From Balanoglossus misakiensis (lineage: Eukaryota; Animalia; Hemichordata), in contig CM082588.2 of the NCBI GenBank assembly GCA_040954595.2, forward strand, positions 1,678,927 through 1,742,926: DNA of 64,000 nucleotides. The letters run 5' to 3'. A model generated the notes under the pieces. It was given only the letters and a program-made list of their open reading frames with translations, had not been told where the DNA came from and made no database searches. Positions 39,501 to 51,117 of the stretch are shown piece after piece (within the stretch, counting starts at the first letter, position 1; each line of letters starts with the position of its first letter). The translations under genes were made by a program, and so were the position numbers.

Positions 39501-42500
39501 TGCAGATGGTTCCCTCAAGTTCTGGGATGCATCAGCTGGTAAGATGATTTTATGAGAAATGTTTTACAAGATAATTAGAACACTCATTTGTAAATAATCT
39601 GCTCTCCAGTCTGTGTTATCATTCTGCACCAACTGAGCAGAATTACTATTATTAAAAAAATGGTGACTGTGTCATTTCATCAAACTTATTTTAAAGTGTT
39701 CTTTTGGATTTCAGTGTCGTTACAAATCCTGTACAAACTGAAGACTGCCAAAGTGTTTGACAAGAAGAGTAAGAGTTTGGATGGTGAAGAAGACCCATAT
39801 GCAATTCATCTCGTTGAAATGTGTCTTGATAGTCGTGTACTCGCTGTTGCTGGTGCTAGTGGACATGTTATATTGTACCGTTTTAGCAAACAGGAGGTCC
39901 AAATCGACCAATTATCTGTGAGTATCAGAATCATGTGATATAATCTAACCAATGAGAAGAATATCTTACTTTTCTTACCGATTCCATCGTGCGTTAAGTC
40001 CTTTGAGTGAATTAATAGCCGCGACGTATAATGACAACATTGTGTGTACCAGTATCATTTGTATTTCTGATGTCAGTGCCTGTATTTCATTGTCTTTATC
40101 TCTGATGTTCTGTTTCAGTCCATTGAGATCTCCATTGTATATGAAGCGGAGGAGTTGGAATCACCAGATTGTGAACTACCACCAACACCACTAGGACGCA
40201 ATTCCAGTACCACCAGCAGCACAAGCAGTGTCCCAACAATTGGACCCTCATCCACAACTCACATGAGTTCCAGTTCCGGTGAAGGAGTCAAGGACAACGT
40301 CCCCAATCTCAAAGTCCGGACATCTGCTCTCAAATTCCCTTCTGGATATCAGCCGGACCTGATCTGCCAGTTTCTGTGGGTAGATGGTGAACCTCCACCT
40401 GTGGTCACTTCAGTGGAACCCAATTCATCCTACGGACTGTGAGTAAACATTGGATTTTGTCCCTCCCCCAGCTACTTCATTTTCATCGATAGCTCCTTCC
40501 CATTACTTTTTTGTCTGAGGAGATGTGCAATAGCTCAAATGAGATAGCTCCTTCACCTCCTTTTTCATCAGGCCCAGTTTCTTAGAAAATGTTATATACA
40601 GTATACTTCTGAGAAACTTACGTGTAGAATTTCCGAGAAACTTGACTTTTTGTGATGTTATACAAGAGCACCTTGACTCTCATGGGAGTTGCCAGTTGTT
40701 AAAAGCACTCTCACACATCTCATTCTTCACAACAGAAAAGACTATCTGCTTCCAATCATAGAAATTGGATTCCCGTTTGTGGAAGAGTAGTATACGTATG
40801 ATAAAACTGCATCATGTTTTGTGATTTTGTGTTGTAGCATTGGCATTGGTACAGCCAATGGACTTGCAATCATAGACTACATCCAGAAAACCTGTCTACT
40901 CAACATGGGCACGCCAGATTTGTATGGTTCAGCAGATCCTTATCAGAGAACACCCAGATCTCCCAAAAGAAACAAACCACAGGGACTTGGTGATATCGTT
41001 GAACAAGGCACTACTGAACCGGAAAGATGTCGTTCTCCTCCGGGAAACTCCAACTCAGAACAGGTTAATATCACTAACATTGTATCAATACTTGATTGTT
41101 TTATGATTTCGATTTCATTTATTTCATACATTATGATTTTAACTCAGATCTTGTTATACACAGATCATTATACACCTACTCTCATAGGCTAATAAATCTG
41201 TTGGTACAATATTGATGCAAATTAGTTCTAATAAATCTTTCCAGGCAAAGTATCTATGGTATGCCTGTGGATTACATGCCCCTGGTGTGAAATAAAGTTT
41301 GGGTTTTTTAAAACGATCTATTTTGATTTTCAGCAAAACGGAGTTTGTCTGAGTCCCACAGGAAACAACACCAAGAAGGACAAGAGGCCGAATGATGCAC
41401 AGTTAAAGAGGAGTAAGTCTCAAGGAACACGAAAATTAAAGAAAGGGGAATCTACTGCTTCGGAAGGTGGTAATGGCGAAGGTAGCGACGTTGGATGTAT
41501 GGGTGGATTCATCAGTCAGTAGTTACCCAATCAAATTCATTCTGATAGTCGTTTAATATGCCTTTTTCATGGAAAGGGCGTCCTTTCCTAAGCATAGTGT
41601 AATCTCCAAGTAGACGATGCGAAAACGAGACCAGCAAGTTTCGCACGTCTTGGAAAGGGCGCCCTCTTGATGAAAAAGGTGTATCTATGTAGTCTTACAT
41701 CTTGGCAGCTTACACTACTCGACATTGAGAGAGAAATATAGTAGTGAAGTTGCCAAGATGGTCAGAAGACTTGCACCATTTGATGTTTCTGCACAACATG
41801 TACGAGTTGATACAGCACAAGTTTTGGCTTAAAACGTGACACTTGTAAGATTTGTGTTGCTTTGGTCATCACTGTTAGACTGTGATCTCTGCTGAAATCA
41901 GGTAGCAACTGACGTGAATATCGCTTCATATTATAATTTGCGTTGCTCAGTTCCGTGGCAGTATGTCTTGTGGTAGATCTAGTCTGCAACATATAAATTG
42001 ATAATGCATGTTAGCTTATGTTAAACATTTTCTGTAACGTAGTTTCTACTTCTTTAAATGTTTCAAATTAGTTAATATATTTGAGCCCGTTACATGTTAA
42101 ATTCCATGGATCAATATTGAAGAGCCATCTGACTGTGAACAGCAGTGGTCAGATGATTCCCTTTTGATCAGCGAGGTTTTCACCCACATAACACAGCACC
42201 TTCAATCAGTATGATTAACACATAACCAGCATACTCATATGTGCATTGTTTGTTTGTTTGTTTGACTAGTGTTAGCTCATTGTTGTCTGGGCTGGGTTAT
42301 TGTGACATTCACCTTCCCATTGTAGTTTGTTGGGGCTCATTTTGAAGCATTCATTTATTTCTGATAGACCCAGGCAATTTTGTGTTGCTTTTACTAATAT
42401 TAACACAAGCACCTCATTTCAATTTTTTGTTTCATATTCTCTCTGTGCCTGTCTGTGTATGTTTGTTTGTATGTGCGTGTATGTGTATGGTGTCTGTTTG

Positions 42501-45500
42501 CATATTGTGTGTGTGTGGTCATCTTCACGTTTATAAGTTACTGACAATTATCTTCCCACTGTGTGTGTTTATTTATTTACTATCATAACAGATATATTTT
42601 ACAATACTCTGTAGTACCATTTCATCTATTTTATGTTCTGTCCCTTCATGATTTTCATCCTACACTGTTTTGACACATCATTTTCATCATAACCGTCTAT
42701 CCATTTACAGACCCACCCACCAGCCAACCTCTTTGCAATATCAAAATATAATCCTTTCATCCATCCGTCCTCTATCCTTCAATCCATCCATTCATCTCGA
42801 TCACCCCACCTGATTCCCGATCTTAAATCAAAATAACATCAGATACTACATCAGATAAGTAGGTGATAATCTAAGAATGGTAGTTCAGTCCCCACTGACA
42901 GTCTGGGTGGACTGTGGATTGGGTTTAGTGATACGATCCAATATGGCCGCTTGGTAGTCATTTTGTGACAATTTCTCTTTCAGATTTGTTCAGATCATAC
43001 AACAATAACCAAGATTGTATTTTGGGGCATTCTTTGCCTTTTTTGGTAAAAGAAAATCAATGCTTAGATAATACTTGTGTTTTTTTGGCATTTGGGAATT
43101 TTTTGTTCAAAGACCCTATTTCTCAGAAACCTCTTGTCTGTACTATGAACTGTGTATTCACATGAATTTGTTACACAATCTCTTACAATACTTATCAATG
43201 CTTTAACTTTTATATTTATTGAAGTGGATTTGTGAAATCTGTGATTTTTAGATTATTTTTGAATCTTAACAAGTCAACAAATCTGATGTTAATTTGATTT
43301 TGTTATACCTCCTGTCCAATTCTGCCATTGTCACCCTGCATGCTGTTGGCTTTTTCAACTTATACTAGATAATTCCCATCTTCCCCCTTATTCTAACTAT
43401 CCCTTTCAACTACTATTATTCAATTGGTGACTCCAGATTATAACCCTCCCTAGTAACCATTCCCATGGTGACCCTTAATTCTAACCTCCCCTTATAACTG
43501 TTTCCACTGTGTCTTACTTGCATACTTACATCTCCATATCATTGACGTGATATTCCATCTCTTTATATTCGTAAACTGAAGATCCTGATGGAGCTAGTAG
43601 AAGCTCATCACTATTACTACCTGGTAAATACGTATTCTCTGGCCCACACCCTTCAGGTGTTAATTCTACCACCTTTTCTCATCAATATTTGTGCACCCCC
43701 CTCCACTTTTCAAACCTACCCATTTACAAGCCCAGGTGGCTGGTCACTTTGGCTGCTTTTATCGTCATTCATAGCTTTCTTTATTTCTGTGTCTGTCCAG
43801 TGTTTTTCCTCTCCATATGTGTGTCTTTAGAATGGACTAACATCTAAAAAAAACAACTTGATTGCAATATATATATGCTTAGCTGTTGCTGTGTATTCTC
43901 TCACTGACCACACATTAACAGCATGTTATATCCTGGGCTTCTATTTTTACTCTTTCTCTCTCTCTTTCTGTCTCTCACACACGGATGAAACCACACCCCT
44001 TCCAAACACTATCACTACACTCTCAGAACACCTTTACCATTCCAATATACCACACCACTACTTCACAATACTCTCACTTTTATACCGTTCCGATATACCT
44101 CATCTTACCCAGATACTTACAACACATTGTTCACTTTCTGTTACATTTTACCACACTTTTCCAAAAGATACAATACACCAGTCCAACTACAGTGTATCAT
44201 ACTAATATACATTAACAAAAAGATTGTCTAAATTTTACTTTTATTGTTGCCAAACATTTGTCACACAGTTACAATTATGTTGCAAATCTCTGTGACATTT
44301 TCTGATACATTCTAACAGTTGTCTGCTCTAACATTAACTTGCTACTTCTTAACAATTGTAAGATAGTACTAATTCTTTCAGTGAAGTCCATACTTCAGTA
44401 GCTAATGCCCGTTGACGTTTCCCTTTCATTCTTGTAGACCGTGGTGAAGGTTCATTTACCAGGTCAAGAAGTTCTAGCATGTCAAGTCTTGAAAGGGAAA
44501 CCAAGGAAGGCATCAATTGTCTTGCATTCGCAGAATCCTATACAACCAAAACAGGTAAGGTCTTAATCAATTCTTGGCGCAATTAACACCTTTTTGTCCT
44601 ACCAACTTTACTAATAATGAATACACAAGTCACTGTAAAGAGATTTTAGTATTTAATCAAGCTTTCATTTTTCGAATAATAACCTCAGTGTCACACTTTA
44701 AGTTTTTTTTGAGGTTTAACAATATTTTGTTCATATTTTAGATTTGACAACAGTGCCGTGCCTATGGGTTGGTACAAGTCTGGGTTCAGTGCTTGTCATT
44801 GTGATCACTCTACCATCTGAAGAGCAAAGACGCAATGAACCAGTTATTGTCTCACCCAGTGGTAAGAATATTTCTCTACATTGCCAACATGTGTTCATTG
44901 AAGTATTTCCACTTCACATAAAATAGGATGTGTACGATGGCTGGGAGGAGACCTTCCCTTGCAAAAGGAAATTCCCTAAGCAAGGTTTGCCTTTATTGTT
45001 GATTATAGATGCATCTTCTGTGTCAATAATTCACACAATTTCTCTTGTTTTTTTTTAAGGTACTGTGCTTCGACTGAAAGGTGCTATATTATGCATGTCT
45101 TTCCTGGACTTCAGTGGTAATTTCATACCAGCACAGACAGATAATTGGAAAGATATGAACCTTACCAAAGAATCCTCAACAAAAGATAAGATGAGTAAGT
45201 CACTGCTGTAAATCAAGTTTGAATTTCAAGATATCCATGAATTACTCCTTTTTGAACTAAAATGCAGCATGCATTGTAGCAGAAGATGAAAGCAAATGAG
45301 AATGTGGAAGTAGGGACACTGTAGGTCAGCCTAGGGGGTCTACTTTGAAAAGAACCCACTAACCTCTCAGGAGTTCTTGGCATATGCCCCTTAGTATTGT
45401 GGATAATTGCAACCAGTGCTAGTAATGTGCACCACAAAGGGAAAAAGCACCTTTAACTTAACATGATTTTTTATTACAGAACGGGAAACACCAACAAGGC

Positions 45501-47258
45501 CTAAGATGTCCCCATCTTCCTCAACAGAAATTGTGGACAGACAGTTTGTTGTGATAAGCTCTGAAAAACTAGTCAAGGTAAATACTAGTTGATGTACTTT
45601 TTGTATTGCTAGCTAGACTGACAAGTACTGACTTCAATTTTATTTCATAGTAAGCCAGATTTTGACACGAATGTGATGATGTTTAATTGACAGGTAATTT
45701 CCCTGCCATCACAAACCTGTGCCTACAGAGTGAAAGTGACTGAAACGTCATACGCAATCAAAGCTGCTGTTGTGAGCATGCCCAGTAAATACTCTGGCAG
45801 AGGTGAGTACTCAATTTAGTATCCAAAGAAAAATGATCAGCAATACACCCTTTTCAAAAGACTAGCGCCCTCTTGCAGCCATCATGAACTCAAATGGAGG
45901 CCATCCTCAATCTGTTGATAGCTGTGTCTAGTTTCAATGTTAGTAAAAACTTTGAGAGGCAATATTCTAATCATGGGGTGTTTTTTTTGTTTTTTTTCGC
46001 AGAAAGTTACTGTCTAGCATGTTATGTTGCAAATGGTCATATCATGGCATTTAGTGTACCCAGTATGAAGCCACTGTTGGACACTGAGTATCTACCCCTA
46101 ACAGATCTACGCATCGCAAGGACTTTTTGTTTTACTAATCATGGCCAGGCTTTGTATCTGTGCAGCTCGACTGAAATGCAAAGAATTACGCTCTGTACAG
46201 AAACCAGGTAATTACTTGTACTTAACTTTCTATGAGTAAACAGTGCAAGAAGGCAAAACCATAGCAATTTGCCCTGAGACATTCTTATTTTCGCAAGAAG
46301 AGGGCAAGACGCTTAGATCAGTGTTGTGTAATCTTATTCTGTCATGGTTGTAGTCTCAGTAGTGGATCTCAATTGTGATCACAAAGACGCATCTCTTTGA
46401 TACATGATATATTCCCATTTCAGTGAGAATTTACAAGAAATGTTAGGTGATCTGTTCTTGCCAGTTGACACACCAGAGGCTCCTAGTAAAGGATTCTTCA
46501 AAGGGCTGTTTGGTGGTGGTGCAGGCACTTTGGACAGAGAAGAACTCTGTAAGTATCATCCGTTATTGATGTGGTTTTCTTCCGTTAGCTGTGATTGAGT
46601 TTTCATCAATTATAACTGCATTGTAACTTCTTTTTTCAGTTGGAGAATCTAGTGGTAAGGCTTCAAAAAGTGTTGCGAAGCACATACCTGGTACTGGTGG
46701 CATTGAAGGCGTCAAGGCTGCTAGTGGTGGTGTCGCCGGAGAATTGGCCAGAGCTCGAATTGTAAGTACATCTACTTTGTTTTGTTCATGTCTAGTCTTT
46801 TTAGAGAAATGATTTTTTGCCAAACTGGGAAAGCCAGAACAAAAGTGAAAAATTTGAATGTGAAGAATGCAAATGTGAGGAGTAATTTATCTTGGTGGGT
46901 AGACTCTCTCACAGCCCCTCTCGCCGTCCATGCAGGCTTACAGTCTGATTGCATGTGTGTCTGGTGAGAAGGGTTCACTACACAACACCATAAGGGGCTT
47001 CTCCTTTGCTAAATGGTTGAGGGCGTGTTTGTGAAGAGCCTTGTAGCAAACTGTGGGCTGTGAGAGAGTCTACTTGTAGGGATGTGATTCTCTAAGTCCT
47101 CTTTCTTTCCTTATTGATAGGCCCTGAGTGAAAGAGGTGAGAAGCTAAGCGAACTGGACGAAAGAACAGCACAAATGATGGCTAATGCGGAGAATTTCTC
47201 ACAAGCTGCGCACCAAATAATGCAGAAATACAAAGATAAAAAGTGGTACCAATTTTGA
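15532..47258 (+). CDS. STXBP5: Tomosyn / syntaxin-binding protein 5 (WD40 propellers plus C-terminal R-SNARE; 26 exons, about 1150 aa)
   Basis: Exons 15532-15654, 15747-15844, 33239-33320, 33473-33573, 33765-33899, 34056-34119, 36768-36975, 37163-37244, 37467-37621, 37950-38022, 38324-38480, 39014-39081, 39498-39538, 39715-39917, 40119-40438, 40838-41063, 41334-41481 (or 41496), 44438-44554, 44742-44861, 45060-45194, 45480-45577, 45694-45802, 46003-46207, 46424-46548, 46640-46761, 47121-47258 sum to 3453 nt in frame. Motifs MKKF...VLDGL, RHGYPFEP, HLWNLRQKRPAILHSLKF, FENPYPMDLHESPVT, ITGHADGSLKFWDAS, ALSERGEKLSELDERT...YKDKKWYQF. There is an in-frame upstream ATG at 15514. Confidence 0.96.
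17869..18209. mobile_element. Old MITE with TTAA flanks and AG...CT termini (Kolobok-like)
   Basis: TTAA at 17865-17868 and 18210-18213. Imperfect TIRs AGCCCTAAAAGCTGCCAATTTTTGCATTATTTTC vs AGCCCCATGAGCAGCCAAATTTCACATATTTTTC (25/34). Confidence 0.6.
20802..20970. promoter_or_regulatory. Candidate intronic enhancer: two RFX X-box-like sites plus nuclear-receptor DR1
   Basis: GTTGCTATGGCGAT 20802-20815, GTTGCCATAGATAC 20878-20891, AGGTCAcAGGTCA 20944-20956 and a third AGGTCA at 20965-20970. Motif match only. Confidence 0.4.
41556..41684. mobile_element. Small foldback MITE (about 129 bp) in tomosyn intron 17
   Basis: ATATGCCTTTTTCATGGAAAGGGCGTCCTTTCC vs the reverse complement of the right arm, ATACACCTTTTTCATCAAGAGGGCGCCCTTTCC. 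Inner inverted pair GACGATGCGAAA / TTTCGCACGTC. Confidence 0.65.
41691..41771. ncRNA. Pre-miRNA-like hairpin (candidate only)
   Basis: CATCTTGGCAGCTTACACTACT (41698-41719) pairs with AGTAGTGAAGTTGCCAAGATG (41740-41760) with one G-U pair and one bulge, around a 20-nt loop. Basal AGTCTT/AAGACT extension. No known family recognised. Confidence 0.3.
46900..47072. mobile_element. AcademH-like MITE (173 bp) in tomosyn intron 25
   Basis: Perfect 18-bp TIR TAGACTCTCTCACAGCCC / GGGCTGTGAGAGAGTCTA. 9-bp flanks CTTGGTGGG / CTTGTAGGG (7/9 identical). Confidence 0.7.
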
Positions 47259-47699
47259 AGCAGCAACCAGGCAGTGTGTATGTCTGCCCAGCCATCCATA
47301 TACTTTACATGATATATGCAGAGACTCGGCTCTGATCCTGATGACCATCACCTAGGAAACGGTTTCCTAGCAACAATTAATGCAACTGATTTGGGAAGAC
47401 AACTTATTTTGTGTGTCTCGTCGGAGTGTGGTCATAAAATGACATCACCAGCGATCAGCAAAACAATTGAGATAGAGCGATCTCATTTGTCCTAAAAAAT
47501 GAAATTTTATGTTCTTATACAATTCTGCTTACGAAACTTAGAATAGCAGTTGTACAATAGTCCCACTATTGTAATTACTTATGTGTTCTTATTGCCTGTG
47601 AAGTTTGAAATGCAAACTTGTCTTCGGTTGTAGGTTCAACAAGCGTTCTGAAATATTTCCAAACTGCCATTAGTCACAACCGATGTTACAAGTTGTGTA

Positions 47700-47770
47700 C
47701 AATGTTATACAGTGCTACAGTGTGATACAGTGTAATACAGTGTATTACAATGTATCACAATGTATTGTAT
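47700..47770 (+). repeat. Short degenerate 10-bp tandem repeat (TACAGTGTAA-like)
   Basis: About 6-7 imperfect copies: ATACAGTGCTACAGTGTGATACAGTGTAATACAGTGTATTACAATGTATCACAATGTA. Confidence 0.7.
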
Positions 47771-48900
47771 AATTCACCTATGTATGATATCTGTCCTAGC
47801 TACAAAAAGCATGTTTTGTCTGTGTCAATTAAGATTTCAATTATTATGTAAATAATATGTAGACAGATGGGGAAAAAATGCTGAAATTCTCTTCCGGTGG
47901 GGGAAAAAGATGACATAAAAGTGTGTAATTAAAAACAAAAATGACGAGTATTCAGAGGGACTAGTTTTAGGAATAACCAGAACTAACAAACTGTGGATTT
48001 GCATGCATGTCCTAAATATTGAGGATGTTCATTAAAAATGCAGAAATGAGGGTTAATAATTGGAGAATTTCAGCAAAGAAAAAAAAAAACTGAATTGTCT
48101 GTGTTTGTTTGTTTAATTGGTTGAAAAAAATACAAGGTAATCTAAATTGCTTTTAGATGACTTACAGATACTATGTGTATATATGTGCCAGAAGTCATGC
48201 TTAGTCTTCATAATATATTTACTTAAAACATTTCTTGACTTGTACAAAGTTGATGTAGTTGGAGGGCCTAGTCTACTCTTGCAAATAGAAACTCTAGAAT
48301 TTTGAATTTTCAAAAAAAAAATCAAAACTGTGGTTTATGTGCTCCATGCTTTAATTTAAGTTTTCAAGTTTGCAGTATGATTTTGCCATTAATGTGTAAC
48401 AGTGGTCATGTTTAATGGTAGATAGTCTTGGTTTTCAATTCTCTAGGACTCCTTAGGACTTGTAATATGAAGCAATCAAATTACCATAAACCTGTTACAA
48501 CTCATCATTTTCACTTAGTACCCTCTAAGTCACTGTAAAGTTGTAAGATAATGTGAAGCTCTTATAGTGTTCATTTATGTGACTGGTAAGACTGATTGCC
48601 AACCAAGTCAGATAAGGTGCCTCAAATCCAGGGATTTTCTTTTCATTTCAATGTCAGTCAAGGTCATGCTGAAACACTCCATTAGCAAAATGTTTTTGTT
48701 TGTTATTTGACCTCTGGTAGTCCAGTTCAAAATCTTCACTCAAGGTGTTGTAACAAAATTACTGATAAGTGTCAGCATGTCACCAAACAGACTGTATGAA
48801 AACTAACATACATGTATTGATCAATCTTTAAAGATCTGTTTGGTTTAGTTTTCAAATGAGAATGATTTATACATTAGTTTGGTGTTGGCGGTATGAATAA

Positions 48901-49275
48901 TAGTCTGGTTCCCTGCCCCAATCCCACCGCTGGCTGCGCTACGCTAAAGGGAAAGGGGTCAGGTACGGCCCGATTTCACACCCAGAAACCTGGGTGTGAA
49001 ACAAGATGGATGCCTCCAATGTCCGTATGCCAGTCAAGATTCATCCAGGCAGTTTATTTTGTTTCGTTTGTTGTAAAGTTGGAAATCGAATGATAAACAT
49101 TCATGGAGGTGAAGGAGAGAACGGGAAATGAGTATCTTACAACAACTTATCAATTTACCAACTTAATTTTCGTATGTATTGACCAATGAGAGCCATGTTT
49201 ACAATAGGCCGTGCCTGACCCTTTCCCTTTAGCGTAGCGCAGCCAGCGGTGGGATTGGGGCAGGGAACCAGACTA
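48901..49275. mobile_element. Young AcademH-like MITE (375 bp)
   Basis: TIRs of about 70 bp (48901-48970, 49207-49275; 1 mismatch, 1 indel) starting TAGTCTGGTTCCC and ending GGGAACCAGACTA. Perfect 9-bp TSD TATGAATAA (48892-48900, 49276-49284). Family assignment rests on termini and TSD length. Confidence 0.88.
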
Positions 49276-49992
49276 TATGAATAAAGGTCAAGTGAATGCC
49301 ATGGAAAATGTCAAGAAATGTCATTGTTTACAAATTGATCATAAAGTTAAAATTAATTTACAGATAGTAGTTCCTTTCAGTCTTTCTCCTTTTTTATAGA
49401 ATTTAGAAGGCAACCTCTCCAATGTTGACTCGACTACTGTATTTGTGGTATTTGTGTATAAGAAGTACTGGAGTATTAGCGTTGTACGTCTTGCAATTGA
49501 CAAGATATGGACTTGTCTAGGTTAAAACAAAACTAAAAATGAAAACTGTTTGGGGCAAGATTTTTATCAATATAGCAACACTTGTAGCAATTTTCTTTTA
49601 TTCATTTCCAAGTGTCACTATGTAGCAATGATTTGGTTACTGTGTATCAATGCAATATGTCACTTTGTAGCAACATTCAACTTCACTTTCCCTGCTGCTC
49701 TGAAGCATTTCCAGTTTCAAATGTGTTTTCATTTACTCTTGATGTGCTATCATTGTGTTTTTTTCCGTGTAAATTAGACCTTTATTATTTTCATTTCCAG
49801 TACATTCTGTATTTCTTTGGATTTTGTTTTGGCTCTTGGATAAGTTCAGTCTTTGAATCTATGAAATGCATTTGATATCAATTTGTGTACATTCCTTGCT
49901 GGACCTGATTTCAAGTCAGGAGTTTACATTTTCGTTTCTGAAGTAGGATCTCTGAGTTATGTGTTGCAGCTTTTTACAGTTTCTAATATATC

Positions 49993-50029
49993 TGTGTGTG
50001 TGCGTGTGCAAGTGTGTGTGTGTGTGTGT
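49993..50029 (+). repeat. (TG)n microsatellite
   Basis: Interrupted TG dinucleotide run. Confidence 0.8.
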
Positions 50030-51117
50030 ATGCATTAATATATGTGGCATTGTCTTGTTATTGCTTAGGATGAAAACTGATAAAGCATACGTCAGTTGGA
50101 AATGTTGCTGTGACTCATTCAAATATACTCTGTGTTACATCACATCGCTAGAACCTCAGTCACTCATCAAGAAACCTTTTCCATCTTTTTTTTTCAAACA
50201 AAAACTGATTGTATTCCTGAGAAGCCTCTGCTGTTATGTCTTTCAGAATCTTGGCAGTGAAGCAAAAAGGTTGATTGTCTGTTCCAGTTTTGAAATTCAC
50301 TCAAAATGTAACCATTAACCTAATACAATGTAGTATGTAAAAATTCTACAACAGGAGATCACCAGATGATGGCCATGCCGGCTTGTTTGTTTGTTTGTTT
50401 GTTTGTGCTGTCTGTCTACCCTCATTCCAATAGAGTGGAACAGTCTGACTATTGAAACATTCGCACCGGTCCAAAGTTAAAGAAATGCAGAGATCATAAT
50501 GCTGACTGTTCGTGACATGACAAAAAACATCAACAATTTCTCATGTTAAAAGTCCCATATTTACAAAGCGTGCTTGCTGTTGATTATGATCAGCTTTCTA
50601 CCAAATTGTCTTTTGTGCACCATATTTACACTGTTGACCCTCAACACTTAGTACTTCATATACCACTGCCAGCGTCAGGATGATCTTCGGGGACCAGTCT
50701 ATATACGTACATTCCTTTTGTTTTTTTTGTTGTTGTTGTAAATTTACTTTATCTTAATAACTTTAACAATCCCATTTCTCTGTAATTTATTTTATATGTT
50801 ATATTCAAAACAAAAAGAGAGTTTGGTTGAAAGCTTGTAGGTAATTAATTGTACAGATTTTATTGAATGGCTGCAGTGTAAAGTATAAAATACTATTATG
50901 ATACCCTATATGTCTCTCTGTCTCTTCTTTGTATGAATGAATGTAGGGCAGTGTGACTGTGCAGTCATCAGAATTGACTTTGAGGTCAGAGTGACCAAAA
51001 TTCACAAAGTCAAGAATTTCTCATTCTTTGAGTGTGTATGAGTAAGAATCCATGCATATGACATGAAAATGCCAAAATAACCGTAATTCACAGATCATGA
51101 ATTCTATTATTTTTTTT

